The position numbers and the translations under genes were made by a program. The notes under the pieces are model-generated. The model was not told where the DNA came from. It saw only the letters and a list, made by a program, of their open reading frames with translations, and made no database searches. From Hyphochytrium catenoides (lineage: Eukaryota > Protista > Hyphochytriomycota): a stretch of 64,000 nt of DNA. Shown piece after piece: positions 49,877-63,693 of this stretch (the first letter of the stretch is position 1; every line of letters starts with the position of its first letter). The DNA is taken from the NCBI GenBank assembly GCA_900088475.1, contig FLMG01000284.1:48951-112950 (forward strand), given 5' to 3'.

Positions 49877-52800
49877 ATGATTCCAGTGCTCTTCAAGAAG
49901 AAAGGCCCCTCTAAGAAGGCTGCAGGTCCGTTATCTTCTCTGCCACCGCTTGTCCGTCAATGTCCCTTTCTTCTTTCAATTTATGATGTGCTATGGTCCT
50001 CTCTAACGCTCACTCCCTTCATCAGAAGGCCAGGACTCTTCTATTGATCTACAGCGGCCCGCTGACCCGGCCGAGGTGGAGCGCCTGTATGCAAAAGCGC
50101 TGGAAGAAATGGCTCTTCTTCCGGAAGCAAAAAGAGAAAGCCTTATACGCTCCGAGAACTTGGACAGAAAAAGGCAGCTTATCTCCCAGCACTCAATGGC
50201 TAAACAGACATCCTCATCTCAAGGTAGCTCTCACGCATTCTTGGACCTGCTGCCTTTCTCTGACAGACTATGTCACAGACAGACATACGAACGACTCTCT
50301 CTTTCTCTCTTTTGTCTCTCTCTCTTTCTCTTCCCTCTATCCATATCTTTTGGCAAGTAAACCCATGTGTGCCTAAGCCTATGATTTTTCTCTGGCAGTC
50401 ATCCTTTTAACCTTCCATCTCACTGAGTCTATTCTCCTTTTGCTGCTTTCAAGACCTGAGAAGAAGGACAACCAGGCGCCATATTGGGCACAAAAACTAA
50501 AGGGCGCTTGGAGAGTGAGGGACGGAGAGAGAAAGGAGGCAGTCACCTTGGAGGAGGGCAGGAAGCTCCATGTACTAATGCGAACGAGTCACAAGCAATG
50601 GTTAGAGGCTTTCATAGCCTCCGGAGGCACCAAGGAGCTCTTACACTTTATGGCAGAAGTGCCGCAACAAGGAGAACACCTAATGCAGAGACAGCAGAAG
50701 GAGGGTCTTGACGAAGCTGAGCTGGACACCAGCCCTCTTCTGTATGAGCTGCTAGGGTGTTTGAAAGCCTTGATGAACAACCAGTAAGCGTCCAAAAGAG
50801 ACATCGTGTGGGCGTTCTGTCTCCCACTTTTCCCCGCTTTTGCTTGAAAAGAAACTCTTTTGCTTAAGATCTCTCTTTCTCTCTCTCCCCTTTTTCAGTT
50901 CAATCAATATGGAGCTTTTCTGTACTACTGCCTCTGCCCCTCTCACCTTTTTCTCTGCCAGTGTCGGTATGGACAGTGTCCTTGAGGACCCAGAGCATGT
51001 CGAAGCCATCGCTTTGCTGCTTGATCTCTTCCCGGTCCGCCAGGAGATTGAGGCTGAGCCACTTATGAGTAAAGAAAGGGATAACCTTGAGACTCAGCGC
51101 CTGGAAACGAATAAGCTTATCATGGAAATACTGTCTGTCATCTGCTGGTATGAGAACAACATAAGACTCGGTCTTGCTTCTCTTCTCTCGCCTCTCTGCT
51201 GCCCTAATTATGGTTTTCCTCTTTCCTTCCTCCTGCAACGTTTGTCGTACTGTTCAGAACCCGGATGCGGTTTATAAAGGTTGATAACTGAAGAGCTCTG
51301 TGACCTCCAGTCCTGCTCTCGCGTGCTTGTGACCATCGTTTCCTAACAGAGCTTATCGTAGGTACTCAAATGAAGGTCACATGAATGTCCTTAGTGCGAT
51401 GGATAAGCTCCGCCGGGCGAAGGGAGAAAAAGCGCCCTTCTACTCTCTAGTCTCCGCCTTTAAGAGTGCAACGAAGACTGAAGAGCAAGTTGCTCTGATG
51501 ACCTTCATCAATACCCTTGTGTCCTCTTGTTCTAGACTCGAAGATAGAATTAGCGTCAGGAATGACTTCTTGGCTCTTGATCTCCTGATAATCGGTCACG
51601 CTGTCGCCGATACATCTGCGATTGCTGGTGAAGCTATACAAAAGGCAAACGAGGCTGCTGCTGGAGGGCCCAGGCAGCAAGACAAAGAGGCGTCCTTCCT
51701 AACCTTGCTGCAAACACAGATTGAGGTCTTTGAGAAGATGATGAGGGCGGATCATGAAGAAGTGATGATGTAAGAAGCTTCCACTTGCAAATTATGGTTC
51801 TAGCTTACCTGCTGCCTGAACTGAGGTTTGAGACATCTCTTCTCCCTCCCAACCACAGCTTCATTTCTCTGCTCGTCTCACAAAGCACGTGTTGCTGGCT
51901 GCGGCCTTTTTGCTTCCCTCATGTCCCTCATACTACATGGGCAGGCTATTACACCTAACGCACCTTCTCAATACTCCCTGGATGCCAGGAACGGCGTCGA
52001 TATGTCAAACCTCGACGTGCTTCTTTCTCAACTCTCCACTGCAGCGCGATCTGCCGGCTTTGCCGCTCATCTTCTAGCGGTAGTACAAGCACTGGTTATG
52101 ATCCCACCGGAGAGAAGTCTTGGGGCCCTAATGTGGAAGAAGGTGGAGGAGGCAGTGCTCGCGGTCACTGCACTTGAGCATAGAAGGTCACAGTCAGGAA
52201 AGGGAGAGACAACGGATGGGAAGAGAGATATCAGAACACTTTGACAGCGAAGGAGAGGAGGAGAGAGGACGATGGGGACGGAAGTGCATATCACAATTTG
52301 AGCAAGAGATATCCACACCGCGAGAGACATCAAATTGAGTGAGAGACCAGTTTATTTCCACCTCTACCACGCTTAATGCTCTTCTTCACCCTGGTTGCCC
52401 GCTACTCTTCATATCTTACAATGCTTTAGCATAGAAGCATTGCCCACAGCCATCACTTCCTCTCCAACAGAAGTCTATTTCTTCTTGAGCATTATAGGTC
52501 TCCCACCTTCTAGTTTACCTCTCCCTCCTCTTACTCCACGCCGCTTCTCCGACACGATTCGCAGAGAGTTAAGGGACTTCGAAGTGACATATGACTTCCT
52601 TCGACACCTTCTTCAACAAAAAGAACAGCTAGTAGAGGCACTAGCAGCAGGCGGTCTCAGGTCCCAGCAGCTCGGAGGGGAAGCAGGAGCGAGAAGCGGG
52701 CAGGTATGTTAAGCTTGGCCCTGGAGCCGTGCAACGCAGCTCTTCTTCCAACCTCCGTGCTACCCCCTATTGCATGGTGGTTCGATGCACCTGTTCTGAC

Positions 52801-55800
52801 GCCCCCTCTGGTTGCTCTGTATGATGGATTGCTGCTTTTTCTTGAGCCTCCTCGGTCGTCGTAGAATCAGCCCTTTTTCCTCTTCAGCTCCCCTCTTCTT
52901 GGTACATCTGACCATCGCTGCCCACTGTGCTCTGCCGACCCGCCCGTCATCATGTGCAGAGTGCAGCGCCACGAGCGGGCACTCAAGCTGGAGTGTCCAC
53001 TCGAAACAACCAAGAAAAGGAAGCTCGAGAGATGCATGAACAGCCGCCGGGTAGTGCTCCCTTTCCTGCTGCACCAACAACAGTTACCCCTTCACCAGAA
53101 ACACCGGAGGCGACGGCAGGCAGCGACCTCTTTGCTGATCCCAAATACTCCAAATGGTTTAAGCTCCTGAAAATGGGGATGCCTAAAGAGCAAATTGTCC
53201 TTAAAATGAGAGTGGAGGGTGTTGACCCCGCTATCCTAGATCGGAGAAGTCTTTCCACTTCTCTCCCTGCGCTATCTCCATCTTCTTCTCTCGGTCCTCT
53301 CTCTTCTGCATCTCTTCCTGTTCCTCCTCCTGTGTCCGGCACATCATCTCACGTGGACCCGAAGCTGGAGAAGTGGTTTAAGCTAAAGAAGATGGGAATG
53401 CCAATCGATCAAATAAAGATGAAGATGAAGGCGGAGGGCGTGGACCCTGGCCTGCTCGACTCTTCATCAGGCTCCTCAATTGTTTCTTCTGCTGACTCTT
53501 CCTTCCAGAGGCAGCCTTGTTCTGCTGCTTCCGCGACACCTGAAGAGAGCAAGGTAACTCTTTCTTGTGATGGGACTGTAGCCCCGTACGCCAAGCTCGT
53601 CCGAATGGGAATGCCCCTGCAGCAGGTGAAATTGAAGATGAAAATGAGCGGAGTTGACCCAGCCAAGCTCGAGACCGCTCTTCTCTCCTCTCTCCAGACA
53701 GGCGGTGCTTCTAATAACTCGTCAGGAGGAGGAGAGTCAAGGGTGGCAGCAGACAATTTAAAGACTGGGCACGGAGGGAGGCCAAGCAAGGTATCGGAGA
53801 GCCTGGAGGGAACAGCCAATGCATCTCATCTTCAGCAGAATCCTGCATTATCCAGAGTTGCACTTCCGCCTAAGAAGCCCGTCAAGCCAGCCACAAAGCT
53901 TAAAGGGTAACATGGTCCTACATAGCTACTAGTTATCCTAACCTCTCGTCCTTGATACAGCCTGCGTGCACCTGTCGTCTTGTCTGACTCTCACTCTCCC
54001 TGCTTCACCCTTAGTCTGTACTGGAACAAGATCCAGGAAGAGGCTGTCGGTGGGACGCTGTGGCTGAAGCTTGATGACTCAAAGGTGCAGCTAGACGTCT
54101 CTGCTCTCGAGCGGGACTTCGCTGCAGTTGCGCCTGGCATAGGTGGCGAAGGGAGAGAAGTACCCAAGATAAGCGCCGAGGGTATGAAAGGGAGAGAGGA
54201 TAAAGGGAAGCCCATCCAGCTCATTGAGGGGAAGCGCTGGCAGAACTGCTCCATTGCGTTGGCCCGACTTAGGAGATCTCCCGAAGAAGTCAAGACTGCG
54301 ATCCTGGCGATGGACGACTCAGTCATCAATCTGGAGAGGTGTAAAAAGAGAATGTTTCGGCACAGTTCTTTCCTCTTTCTCGTATCTTTCTGTTGTCAAG
54401 GTGACCCTTGTACACACAGCCTCCGTTGTCGATCTCCTAGATCACCTTCATCTCTCTTAACCTTCTACATCACTTGTCGTTGTTGAGCAATCACCTTCTG
54501 CTCTGCTAGAGCTCTTCCTCTCTCACATTTACTTTGTGTCGCTGCCTCTCATCATTTATATAATGCGCGCACCTTACATCTGCAGTCTGAAGCTTCTGAA
54601 GTCATTGGTGCCAACCGAAGAAGAAATTGAGACTGTCAACGTGAGGGGTGTAGCTTACCCGATCTGTTGGTGTAGTATGAATAACGACTTGATATTTTAC
54701 CTTCAGGCCTTCGAAGGTGATCTTCGTCAGCTCGGAAATGTGGAGCAGCTATTCCGGGCGCTGGGGAGTATACCGCGTCTCAGCGCCAGGTTGGAGGCGA
54801 TCTCCTACCGACAAACCTTCGAGCAGTCCATTGCTGAGGTATTGTATGTGCCGCATGGGAATAATATAGGTGCATAAGCCAGTGACAGACAGGGGTGCTT
54901 TGTAACATGGAAAGAGGGAAAGACCCAAATGAAACGTAGAATGAACCTCAAAGCTGAGTTGTCACTACTCTGGGGATATCTCAGGACATAAAAAGGCAAT
55001 GACGCAGCAAGATAACATCACCATTCCTTATCTTTCCAACGTTTGGGACCAACAGGCCCAGCAGCGGAGTCAGATGCTGAAGGAAGGCTGTCTGGATATA
55101 GAGAAGAGCCCCAAGCTACTGAAGCTCCTGGAAATCGTCCTGGCCATTGGCAATTATCTTAACGCGCAATCCGTTAGAGGAGGCGCCTACGGCTTCAAGC
55201 TGGAGGTCCTAACAAAGCTATCACAGGTCAAGAAAGTCGCCCTATCTCCCTGTCAACCAGTCCCTTGACCCTTCAACCACTGGATCTGTTCCCCAACTAA
55301 GAGCTGGGATTTGCCCACGGCTCGTCAGACTATGACGCCTCCTGAGCGCAAAGCTTCCTCTAACGGGTGTCGCTACTTCCTCTTAGTAGAAGATCTTCTA
55401 AGACTTCCACTCTCTGGCTTAGTGTCCTATATCTTGACCCAGCATCCCAACCTGGACCATCTCTCTCTTTATCTCAAAAGATGTCGTCTCTGTCAGGTGA
55501 AAGCTATGGACAACAAGCAGACCCTGCTCCACTACATGGTGCGCTTCCTGGAGGGCAAGCATCCAGAACTGCTAGAGTTCTATGCAGAGCTAACCCATAT
55601 CAGAGCTGCGAGTGAGCTTTCACTGCAAAGCCTGCAGCAGGAAGTGAAGCACCTCACGCAAGGGCTGCAGCAGGTCAAGAAGGAGGTGCGAACATTGAGC
55701 TTCACCATCAGCATCTACTGCTCTTACGGGCAGGCCCTCCTCTGAGCAGGCTTCTTTCATTTCGATGTGACAATTTCATGGCTCCTTTGCTCCCATCACC

Positions 55801-56633
55801 TCATTTTTGAGGACTGGACTATTACTGATGCTACTGCCTTCTGCCAAGCTGACTGTTTATTTTTTCACTTGTCGGTGCAGCTCTCTATTCAGGGCTCAGG
55901 GCTGACGGATGCGGCCTTCCTCAATACACTGCAAGAGTTCATTAGGATGGCGGAGCCTCGAGTCTCCCAGCTGCACAATGAGCTCACTGCGCAGTCCTTA
56001 CGGTTCCAGAAGCTTGTTCTGGCTTTCGGGGAGGATCCAAACCTTAGAGACACCGTAAGATCGTGATGAGTAGCGCTTTCATGTTCCCTTTCTTCTGTGG
56101 CTTTCGTGTCTTATCTTTAGGGTGCTAAAGGATACACCATTGTCGTATTGCTCAAACTTGCCTCACCCCTTTCGCTTCGTCCTTCTTACCTTTCTATGAG
56201 ACTTAGGGACGAATTTTCTCCCTCCCTCGTATTATACCTGCAGGATCCTTGCCAAAAGTTCTTCGGCACATGGGACAAGTTCATCTCAGACTTCAAAGCA
56301 GCTCGTGCGGCCATTGTCAGAGAGCGGGAGCAAGAGGAGAGAGAAAGAAGAAGTGCAGCTGTGGCGGGAACCTCGTCAAAGAAGCTGCACACTGCGCCAC
56401 CCCTCACTGTTGAGAACAACAAAGAGAATCTCTTTGAGATGTACAGCAAAAGTCAACAGGGAGATGCCTCCGAGATTATCAAAAAGTTCCGCAGCAGACA
56501 TCAACTGTTAGCAACCCCTCATGGCTCTGCAGGAGCTTCTCCCAGAGGTCAGAGTGTGAGGAAGCGATCGGCTGAGTTGGCGTCGGACTTAGCCACTAGG
56601 TTAGCAAGCCAAACTCGCTTCACATCTGGTTAG
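49877..56633 (+). CDS. Formin (GBD/FH3, three KWFKLLKMGMP repeats, FH2, DAD-like tail)
   Basis: GBD/FH3: LHVLMRTSHKQWLEAF, CLKALMNNQ, ALMTFINTLV..RISVRNDF. FH2: KLKG/LYWNKI, NCSIALARL, LAIGNYLN..GGAYGFKLEVLTKL, TLLHYM, FGEDP, FFGTWDKFISDF. One early exon junction (~50222-50455) is unresolved. Confidence 0.95.
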
Positions 56634-57310
56634 GAAGAACTCCGGAGCAATGAAAAAGCACTCAATAACCTAGTAGCATTTGATTCTTAGATGTAAGGGA
56701 TGATTAAGTTGCAACCCGGCAGCGTTCATTGTAAGAAGTAGGAGGTCTATGACGGGACTGCTTGAGGATGGCTAACCTAATAGTATGGAGCAAAAGGACA
56801 GAGAGAGATCAACTAGCGAAGGATCTAGCTGAGCGAGGATTTGATTTTATCTCCCCCTCTCTTTAAGGGTTGGAGGTCATTCACAAGCCACCCCCCGAGC
56901 AGTGAAGCCATGTCAGAGCAAGGCTGATACTCCTCTCTCCTTTGTCAAGTGGGCACTCTTGCCACGTTCCTTGTGTGGCTCTCTCCTATCTTATCGCTTT
57001 GTAACATGCCAGGAGCAAGCTACTCGACCGCAGGAGAGAAGGAAAGAGCACTGGAGCTGAGGCAAGAGACTAGGTGCAAGAACGAAAGATAGCGTCAGCA
57101 AGAGCTAGCAAGTGGAAGAAGAAGAAAGGTGAGGGAATAAGACAGATCCAGAGTGACAGAGGGATAAAATTTAAGCGAGAGAGATCGCAAGAGATAGACA
57201 AAAACAGATGAGAGAGAAAGCATAAGTCGGGAAAGGAGAGCAAGACGGAAGAGAGAGACTTAGCTAGAGGACTTGCGAGAGCGAGCGAGCGGGAGAGTAT
57301 GAAGATGCAA

Positions 57311-57395
57311 AGAGAGAGAGAGAGAGAGAGAGAGAGNNNNNNNNNNNNNNNNNNNNNNNNNNNNNNNNNNNNNNNNGAGAGAGAGAGAGAGAGAG
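57311..57395. repeat. (AG)n microsatellite with N gap
   Basis: AG repeats flanking an N run at 57337-57376. Confidence 0.9.
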
Positions 57396-57530
57396 AACAG
57401 GAAGAAGCATCTGAACACCATCACTCCCATCACAGAAAACCGTTACGTTCTCCGCATAGCATATTTCCCATTGCTACGGTGCGGATTCCGTATGTAAGCC
57501 ATTTCGCCAGTTTCGATTAGTAATGTTTGT

Positions 57531-57593
57531 GGCCAATCAGAAGCCGGAGAGGAATCGTGCTACAGCCCGCATCACGCTTCTCCTGTAACCAAT
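57531..57593 (+). promoter_or_regulatory. CCAAT boxes upstream of the F-box gene
   Basis: ggccaatca at 57531 and accaat at ~57588. Confidence 0.45.
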
Positions 57594-58142
57594 AGTGTGA
57601 GTGAGGCTTACGTCTGTGTCTGAGCCTGTTATCATACATTTTCTACGAGAACTAGGATGTGTGTTTGGAGATCAGCGTGCGTTTGTCTCTGACAGATGAT
57701 GGCAGAAGTTGATGTTTTTGACCAGGAGCGCTTCGTAATAATAGGGACAATTTCTGTTCAACAGAGGCTCTTTCATCCATATATTTGGCGTAGTAAGGCA
57801 CTGTGTCGGCGGAGAAAGAGAGCCGTCGAACCTTTGATCAGAAGCTTTTTGAGATCATCATCGGCCCGCGGGCAGTGCGCATTGTGAAGCTTGGGACAGA
57901 GATGCAGAGACAAAGTCAAAAGTCAAGAGCGCGATAGATAGACAGCCAGGACGAACGCAGAGGACTTGGCTTAGTGTTGTCACAGTAGGGAACTCCAGAA
58001 AGAGTTAGGATCCAGGCTCTTAAGCTTATTTAGCTCATAGTGACAACGCCAGTTGAAGACGGCCAAAGGGTTCCTTGAAGCTGCAGAAAGCTAAAATCTG
58101 AGTAATCTAGCCGCTACGCAATAGGAAATTCTCTTGGAAACT

Positions 58143-59777
58143 ATGGTCTGCAGCAGTAGTCTGGAGGTGGAGGCGCAATTTCCCCAAATGGTGAACCCGT
58201 CGATGAAGCGAATGCGCACGCGTCAAGACCTCTTCTCAAAGATTGTCATGCAGAATGATATCGAGGAGCTGGTACGTAGTGGCTTCAGAAAATGCGGAGT
58301 TAAGACTTAATCACTCATCCTCATGGGGTCGCCCCATCTTGTAGGTTAACAACATATTAATCTTTCTCACTCCGCGGTCTCTCGTGACAATGAGGTAACT
58401 CACGTTCGCACCCCAACCCAGTTGTGGTAAGGCAATGTCTCTAATACTATGTCTCTGCGTCTTCCTTCAAGCTGTGTAAGCCGTGAGTGGAGATCGCTGG
58501 CAACGCAGGAAGAACTGTGGCTGCGGCTCTGTCAGAGACTTTGGAGGCTTCGCCCTTTGAATAAGCCTAAGGTCTTTGGGGCTACAACGTGGAGGCGAGT
58601 CTTCCAGGTTCAATACCAAAGACAACGCCTACCTCGAGGAGTGTACAGCAATAAGGTAATGCCTCTCAAGGCATCGCTTGGGTTCCATTTCCTTGCATCT
58701 TTGCTTACTTTTTCGACGTTTACAGCATAACATTGTCTGGGCGAAAGGACGGCAGAACGGGGTCAATGCATGGTAAGTAGGGTTTGCGGCTATCCTCGTC
58801 TGGATTCACTCTTTAAATTGATATGCCAACTCCGCTCTCCTCTTCGCTCTTTAACCGCAGGGTCACCTTAGCACATAGGTCGGATTGCAGGACGATCGTC
58901 TTCTCGGAAGCAACAGACCATGGTCTTCGGCAAGTAGCAATGATCTACCTCCGGATCGTGATACAGAATCTCAGCGAGAGCACGATAAGCTTGGTGCCTA
59001 GCAAGATCTCAGTAGTAACCAAAGATGGGTCCCTGTATTCAACCTTCTCAAACGATATGTTTGGGTCAAGAGCGTCTCCGAGGTTATTGGCCTTGAATGG
59101 TGAGCTGTTAGAGAGCAACCCACAATTTCAAAACCTAAAGGAACATCGCTTGCAACCGCTCGAGTTTGGAGTTTACGGCATTCACTTAAGAGTTCCAGGC
59201 TGCTCCTTTGAGACAGACTTTCTCGAAAGGTATAGCTACTTCCTAAGATGGCATCAGAAACGTCTGTACTTCACCTTTCCTCTACATACTTTGGTTGCTC
59301 TACATGGCTCTCATCTTCGTCCTTTTGGTCTCAACTGTTTAACCACGTCAAACCATTGTCCTTTGTTACCAGAGCTTCATGCATCGTCATTCCCTTCTAC
59401 ACACCCGGTAGCAAGGGCTATCACGCTCACTACTTTCCAGAGAGTAGCCGATATCTGATTTTGAACGCTCGCTTCGTCGATGAAAGTGTCGTCTGGAGCT
59501 ATTACACTGTCTTTGCCAATGGCTTTGTGGTGAGTACCTTCCCTTGTCCAGCGTGGTCAGCTGTAGCGTGAGGTTAACAAGGGGTCAGACGGGAAAGGGC
59601 GACGAGAGACAGACAGACGGAGGCAGCTTCGGACTCTAGGTTCCGAACTTGCAGAAATGGTGCCGAGGCCCTTGGGATCACTTGGTGTTATGTGTTCTCA
59701 CCCTCCAGGGCTGACAAATAACTCATCCTCTTATACTGCAGGTGCTAAAGGACAAGGAACCTTTGAGAGAGAGCTGA
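58143..59777 (+). CDS. F-box protein, 7 exons
   Basis: Spliced F-box: DIEEL/VNNILIFLTPRSLVTM/SCVSREWRSLATQEELWLRLCQRLW. The C-terminal domain is beta-rich, and the stop TGA is at 59775-59777. Confidence 0.85.
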
Positions 59778-59855
59778 TAGATATAAGGGTCAAAGCGTCG
59801 AAAGCTCTTAAATAACTTATATAGTCTCTTTGTACTCTAAAAATTCCGTTCCCGT

Positions 59856-62800
59856 TTATTTAAAGCTCATAGCCAACGTCGAGAGGTCATCCTTCCCTTT
59901 CTTCTTAGGCTTAGAGGCAGGGTTGGCTGCCTCTTTGGCTTTCTTTTCCTTGAGGCGCTGCTGTTCTCTATCCCAGCGCTCGCGGGCTGACAGAATTCTA
60001 TTTTGTGGTGGAGCTTTCGCTATTGCTACCGCTGGCTGTGTCTGTAGGAGAGAGGGAAAGTCTTCTTGACTTCTAACAACAGGCTTCCCCCTGCTCTTCC
60101 CAGCCTGAGAAGTGCCGGTACCATTGGCGCGCTGGTTCCAACCTCCCACCATAGGGGCAGCAGAGGCGGAGATGACTTGAATCTTTGGGTCTGGTGCCAA
60201 GACCGCAGACGGAGGGGGAAAGTCGTCTTGATAGACGTCTGAAGAACTAGCTGCAGCGGTGTACGAAGGGGCCTTCACTGCGGCCTTCACACCACGATGA
60301 GGGGCCCTTGACGTAACAGTCGCCCAACCCCCGATTGCTCCTCCCGGCGATGACCTTGTGCCTCCTGATGATGGTGTCTCTCTGACCATAGGCCCAGTTG
60401 ACCCCCTGCTATTATTAGCTGTCTTGACTGCTGCAGCGTGTTGAACTCGCTGGAATGAAAGCAGATCACAATGAGAGCATGGTCAGCATTATTCGAGCGA
60501 GGCCAAAGGCCCTATCCAAGTCGTCTAGCCCCTAGTATCCTTAGAGTGAAGAGATATTGACATACCAGCACCGCATTCCTTTTCCCTTCGTCGGGCAGGC
60601 GCTGCAAAAGCTCTGGGAGTAGTGTGCTGCCGAGAGTAAGTCAGAGAGGCAAACAGACAAAAGAAGTTACTACCGTAAAAAGGAGCAGGCGGTATATAGC
60701 TCGTCTTACCTTAGGTCCGATGGACTAAACATTGGCTGGATCGCTGTATAGAAGTCCTCGGCAGACAGTCCGCCCTACTAGAACCGTCAGAGGACTCTGG
60801 AGAAGAGCGGAGCTCCAAGACGTAGAGAAAAGAGATCAAGAGGTACCAAAAGCGAAGCTGTCGTTCAGACACGCCCAGCACCTACCTCTGCATAATGTTG
60901 GGACAGGCTTTGGAACGTGGCAAACGCGACATCATCGTGGCCCAAAGCTGCACGAATGCGAGGAACGATTTTCTTGGTCTCTTTCATTTCTTCGGATGCG
61001 TTAGCGGCCGCCCCTAAACCTTCCGTTGGCGTATGCCACGTATTAGATACGCCCATGTCTCAGAAGGTACACGGAAAAAAATTGTAGGACTGCAAAAGGG
61101 GCACATGCAAGGCAGAAGAAGGGCCTCCCAGCGTTTGACGGAGATGCTAACGGTGGTACCTGGAGGCTGTGGCGAAGAGTTGCCCTTAGGTCCTCCGCTT
61201 CTTACACTTGCCGAGCCATTTGGCTGTGCTTTAGCCTTAGGTTTGCTGGGCCGTGTAGCGTTCTTGTGTTGCAACGTCAGCGGCTTGGAGCGCGATCCTG
61301 GAGTTTGCACAGTGGACGGCATCAGATTGAGGTGTTATTGCCAACAACACCATTATTAGGGCAAGCCAACTTAGGAACTTCAATACGGGCTGTGGACGGC
61401 GCCAGAAGCACCAAAGGGTTTAGCTGATACAGAAAACTAGCAATCTTACCTGTGGATTGTGGCTCAAGAGCAGGGAAGTCATCAGCCGGTGGAGTATCAT
61501 ATGACCAGCCGTCACTTTGTCTAAAGAGTCTAGAGTTAGCAGGAGGAAACTTATCCGAAGTAGTAGGAAAGAATTGCGCGGAAAAGAGCACCAGACAGCA
61601 ACAAAGAGTGCGAGACTGTAAGTTTGACGTGCTAGTGTTGACCACTGGGGGGCGGGGGGAAGGGGAAGGATGCTCACAGATGAAGTTGCACCGCTGGACT
61701 GGACTGATTGGTAGCCACTTTTTGCCAAGATGCCGGACGCCTGCAGCAGGGGACAGATACGGTGGAGATCATCAGACAAATCGCCTTGAGGAACTAGTGG
61801 TACCTTGCATGACAACATTCAACTATTTCCGGCCCGAAAATGTCTGCCCAAATCTCTCCCCATCTCTCTCTCCAAAATTATGCTCTACCACACAGCAATC
61901 TTACTTGGCGCCTCTTCTGGAGCTCCCAAGAGTCGGAAAGTCGTTTGGGTTGCGGCGATCTATCTGTAGAGGGTTTCTATTCCATCTGGAAAGTAGCATG
62001 TCTTCTCCTCGTCCTGATAGCGCTGGAAAATCTGCGACCTCTAGTCGGGGAGAGCTAGGTGCCTCCGCCGCCTCCACATCGTTGACAACCTCTGCCAGAG
62101 AGAGTGACGCAATCCGCTTCTACAAGAAATGTCAGTAAATGACTTTGGCGAGAGATGTCGAGCACAGCAGACGCTCAGCACTTCCTCATAACAACCCACA
62201 ATGTCTCTCCCGCCTTCAGTTTCTCTCCCGTTCTCTGCCCTCCACTGAAGTCTGCTTCGTACCTCTTCTCCGTCTGTTTCTTGAGCAGCTTGCCGCTGGT
62301 TTGGCCTCTTTCCAACGGTAAAGCTGATATCTAGCTGTCTGGATATTTTCACCTCGGGGTGCTCCCTTCGCATATGGCTCTTATACTCTATATCATCGGC
62401 AAATACTATGAACTTCTTCTCCAGGCACTCTCTCTGTTCGCACAGAAAGTGCTCCTTACGGAAGTGCTCCTCTAGATCGTTGTACTGGTTATAATAGCGG
62501 TGTTGCACGTTGAAGAGTCGGACACAAAGATGACACTCGAAGTGATTCTTTACCAAGTGATCAAAGAGGTCGTTCTGGCTGTAGAATCGGTTCCTGCAGA
62601 ACTCACATAGAGGATGACCTTTGAACCCTTCTCCCGCCTCTCCTTCCCTATTATGCTTGTCAAGCTCCTTCTTGGTGAACCTTCGCTGCTCTTGGATGAA
62701 CTCAAACTTGTGCGCAAGACAGAGCTCGCACAGGTGGAGCCCATGCTTGCCCTTCAGATGCGCTCTATACAATCGAAGAGTAGGGAACTTCCCTTCTGTG

Positions 62801-63693
62801 CAACCTCTCTCTGTGCAGCGGAACTCTCTGAGTGCGCAGATATAGCTGTAATTCTCTTTGGGCACAAACATAGCCGAGTCTTCATCAAAGACAAAGCTTG
62901 GCCCGATGGTGGAGCCCCAGACCTCATACTCCTCATAGTTGCGAGAGGGATCGGGCGTGGCGATGACCTAAAGAAAGAACAACTGTTAGATACAGAGACA
63001 AGTATCGCTGTCTGCAGCCATGCTTCGCTCGAGCCCATTACACCTCCTTACCTTCTCCAGCTCTGTCTTGCAAAAGCAGCATTTTTTATCTTTCGCTAAG
63101 GCTCTGAGCCTCAGCATGCAGAGACTGCACACTCCTCGGTGGTTACAAGCCCCGATCGTGCCGAAGCGAAGGCGGTTGTCTAGGAAGAGGATAGAAGAGA
63201 GCAAGAGACAGAGAGGACGAGAGAATGAAAGGCAGAGAGCATGTAGAAGTGAGAGCGAGATAAAGATGGAGAGAGAGAGAAAGAGAGAGGGAGAGAAAGA
63301 GAGAGAGAGAGAAAGAGGGACAAATGAAAAGCGTGAGAAAGCGAGTATGAGAGCCATCGAGGGAGAGGCATAAGAAGGGCACCTTCTGGGCATAAGGAAC
63401 TGAAAGGAGCGTAAGTGAAGAATGGGATAAAGAGACTTAGGCTGAGCCTGACGATCGGACAATGCCGCTTGTACATCGCCTCCGATAGACGTCAGTAGAC
63501 AGCTAGAGCGCTGTAGGGTGACGGTTGTCACTCCCGTGGACGAGGAGGCGACCGAAGACCGTGGTACATTCCAGCGTTAAGAAGCTATCTTACCAATCTC
63601 TTCGCTGCAGATGGCACAATGGTCAACTTCGGATTCATCCCTTGCTCCATCGCTATCCGCCACCGCTGGGCTACTGCTTCTCGGTGCCGCCAT
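59856..63693 (-). CDS. ZNF598: ZNF598/Hel2-like RING E3 ligase (ribosome quality control)
   Basis: RING: CAICSEEI/DNRLRFGTIGACNHRGVCSLCMLRLR...CCFCK. C2H2 array with FKGHPLCEFC and HFECHLC..YYNQYNDLEEHFRKEHFLC..CLEKKFIVF. DFPxL motifs and a C-terminal KKKGK are present. Confidence 0.92.

Noticed and set aside
52775-52795. GGTTCGA tRNA T-loop-like sequence
   Set aside because: No cloverleaf or D-arm; it lies in a formin intron.
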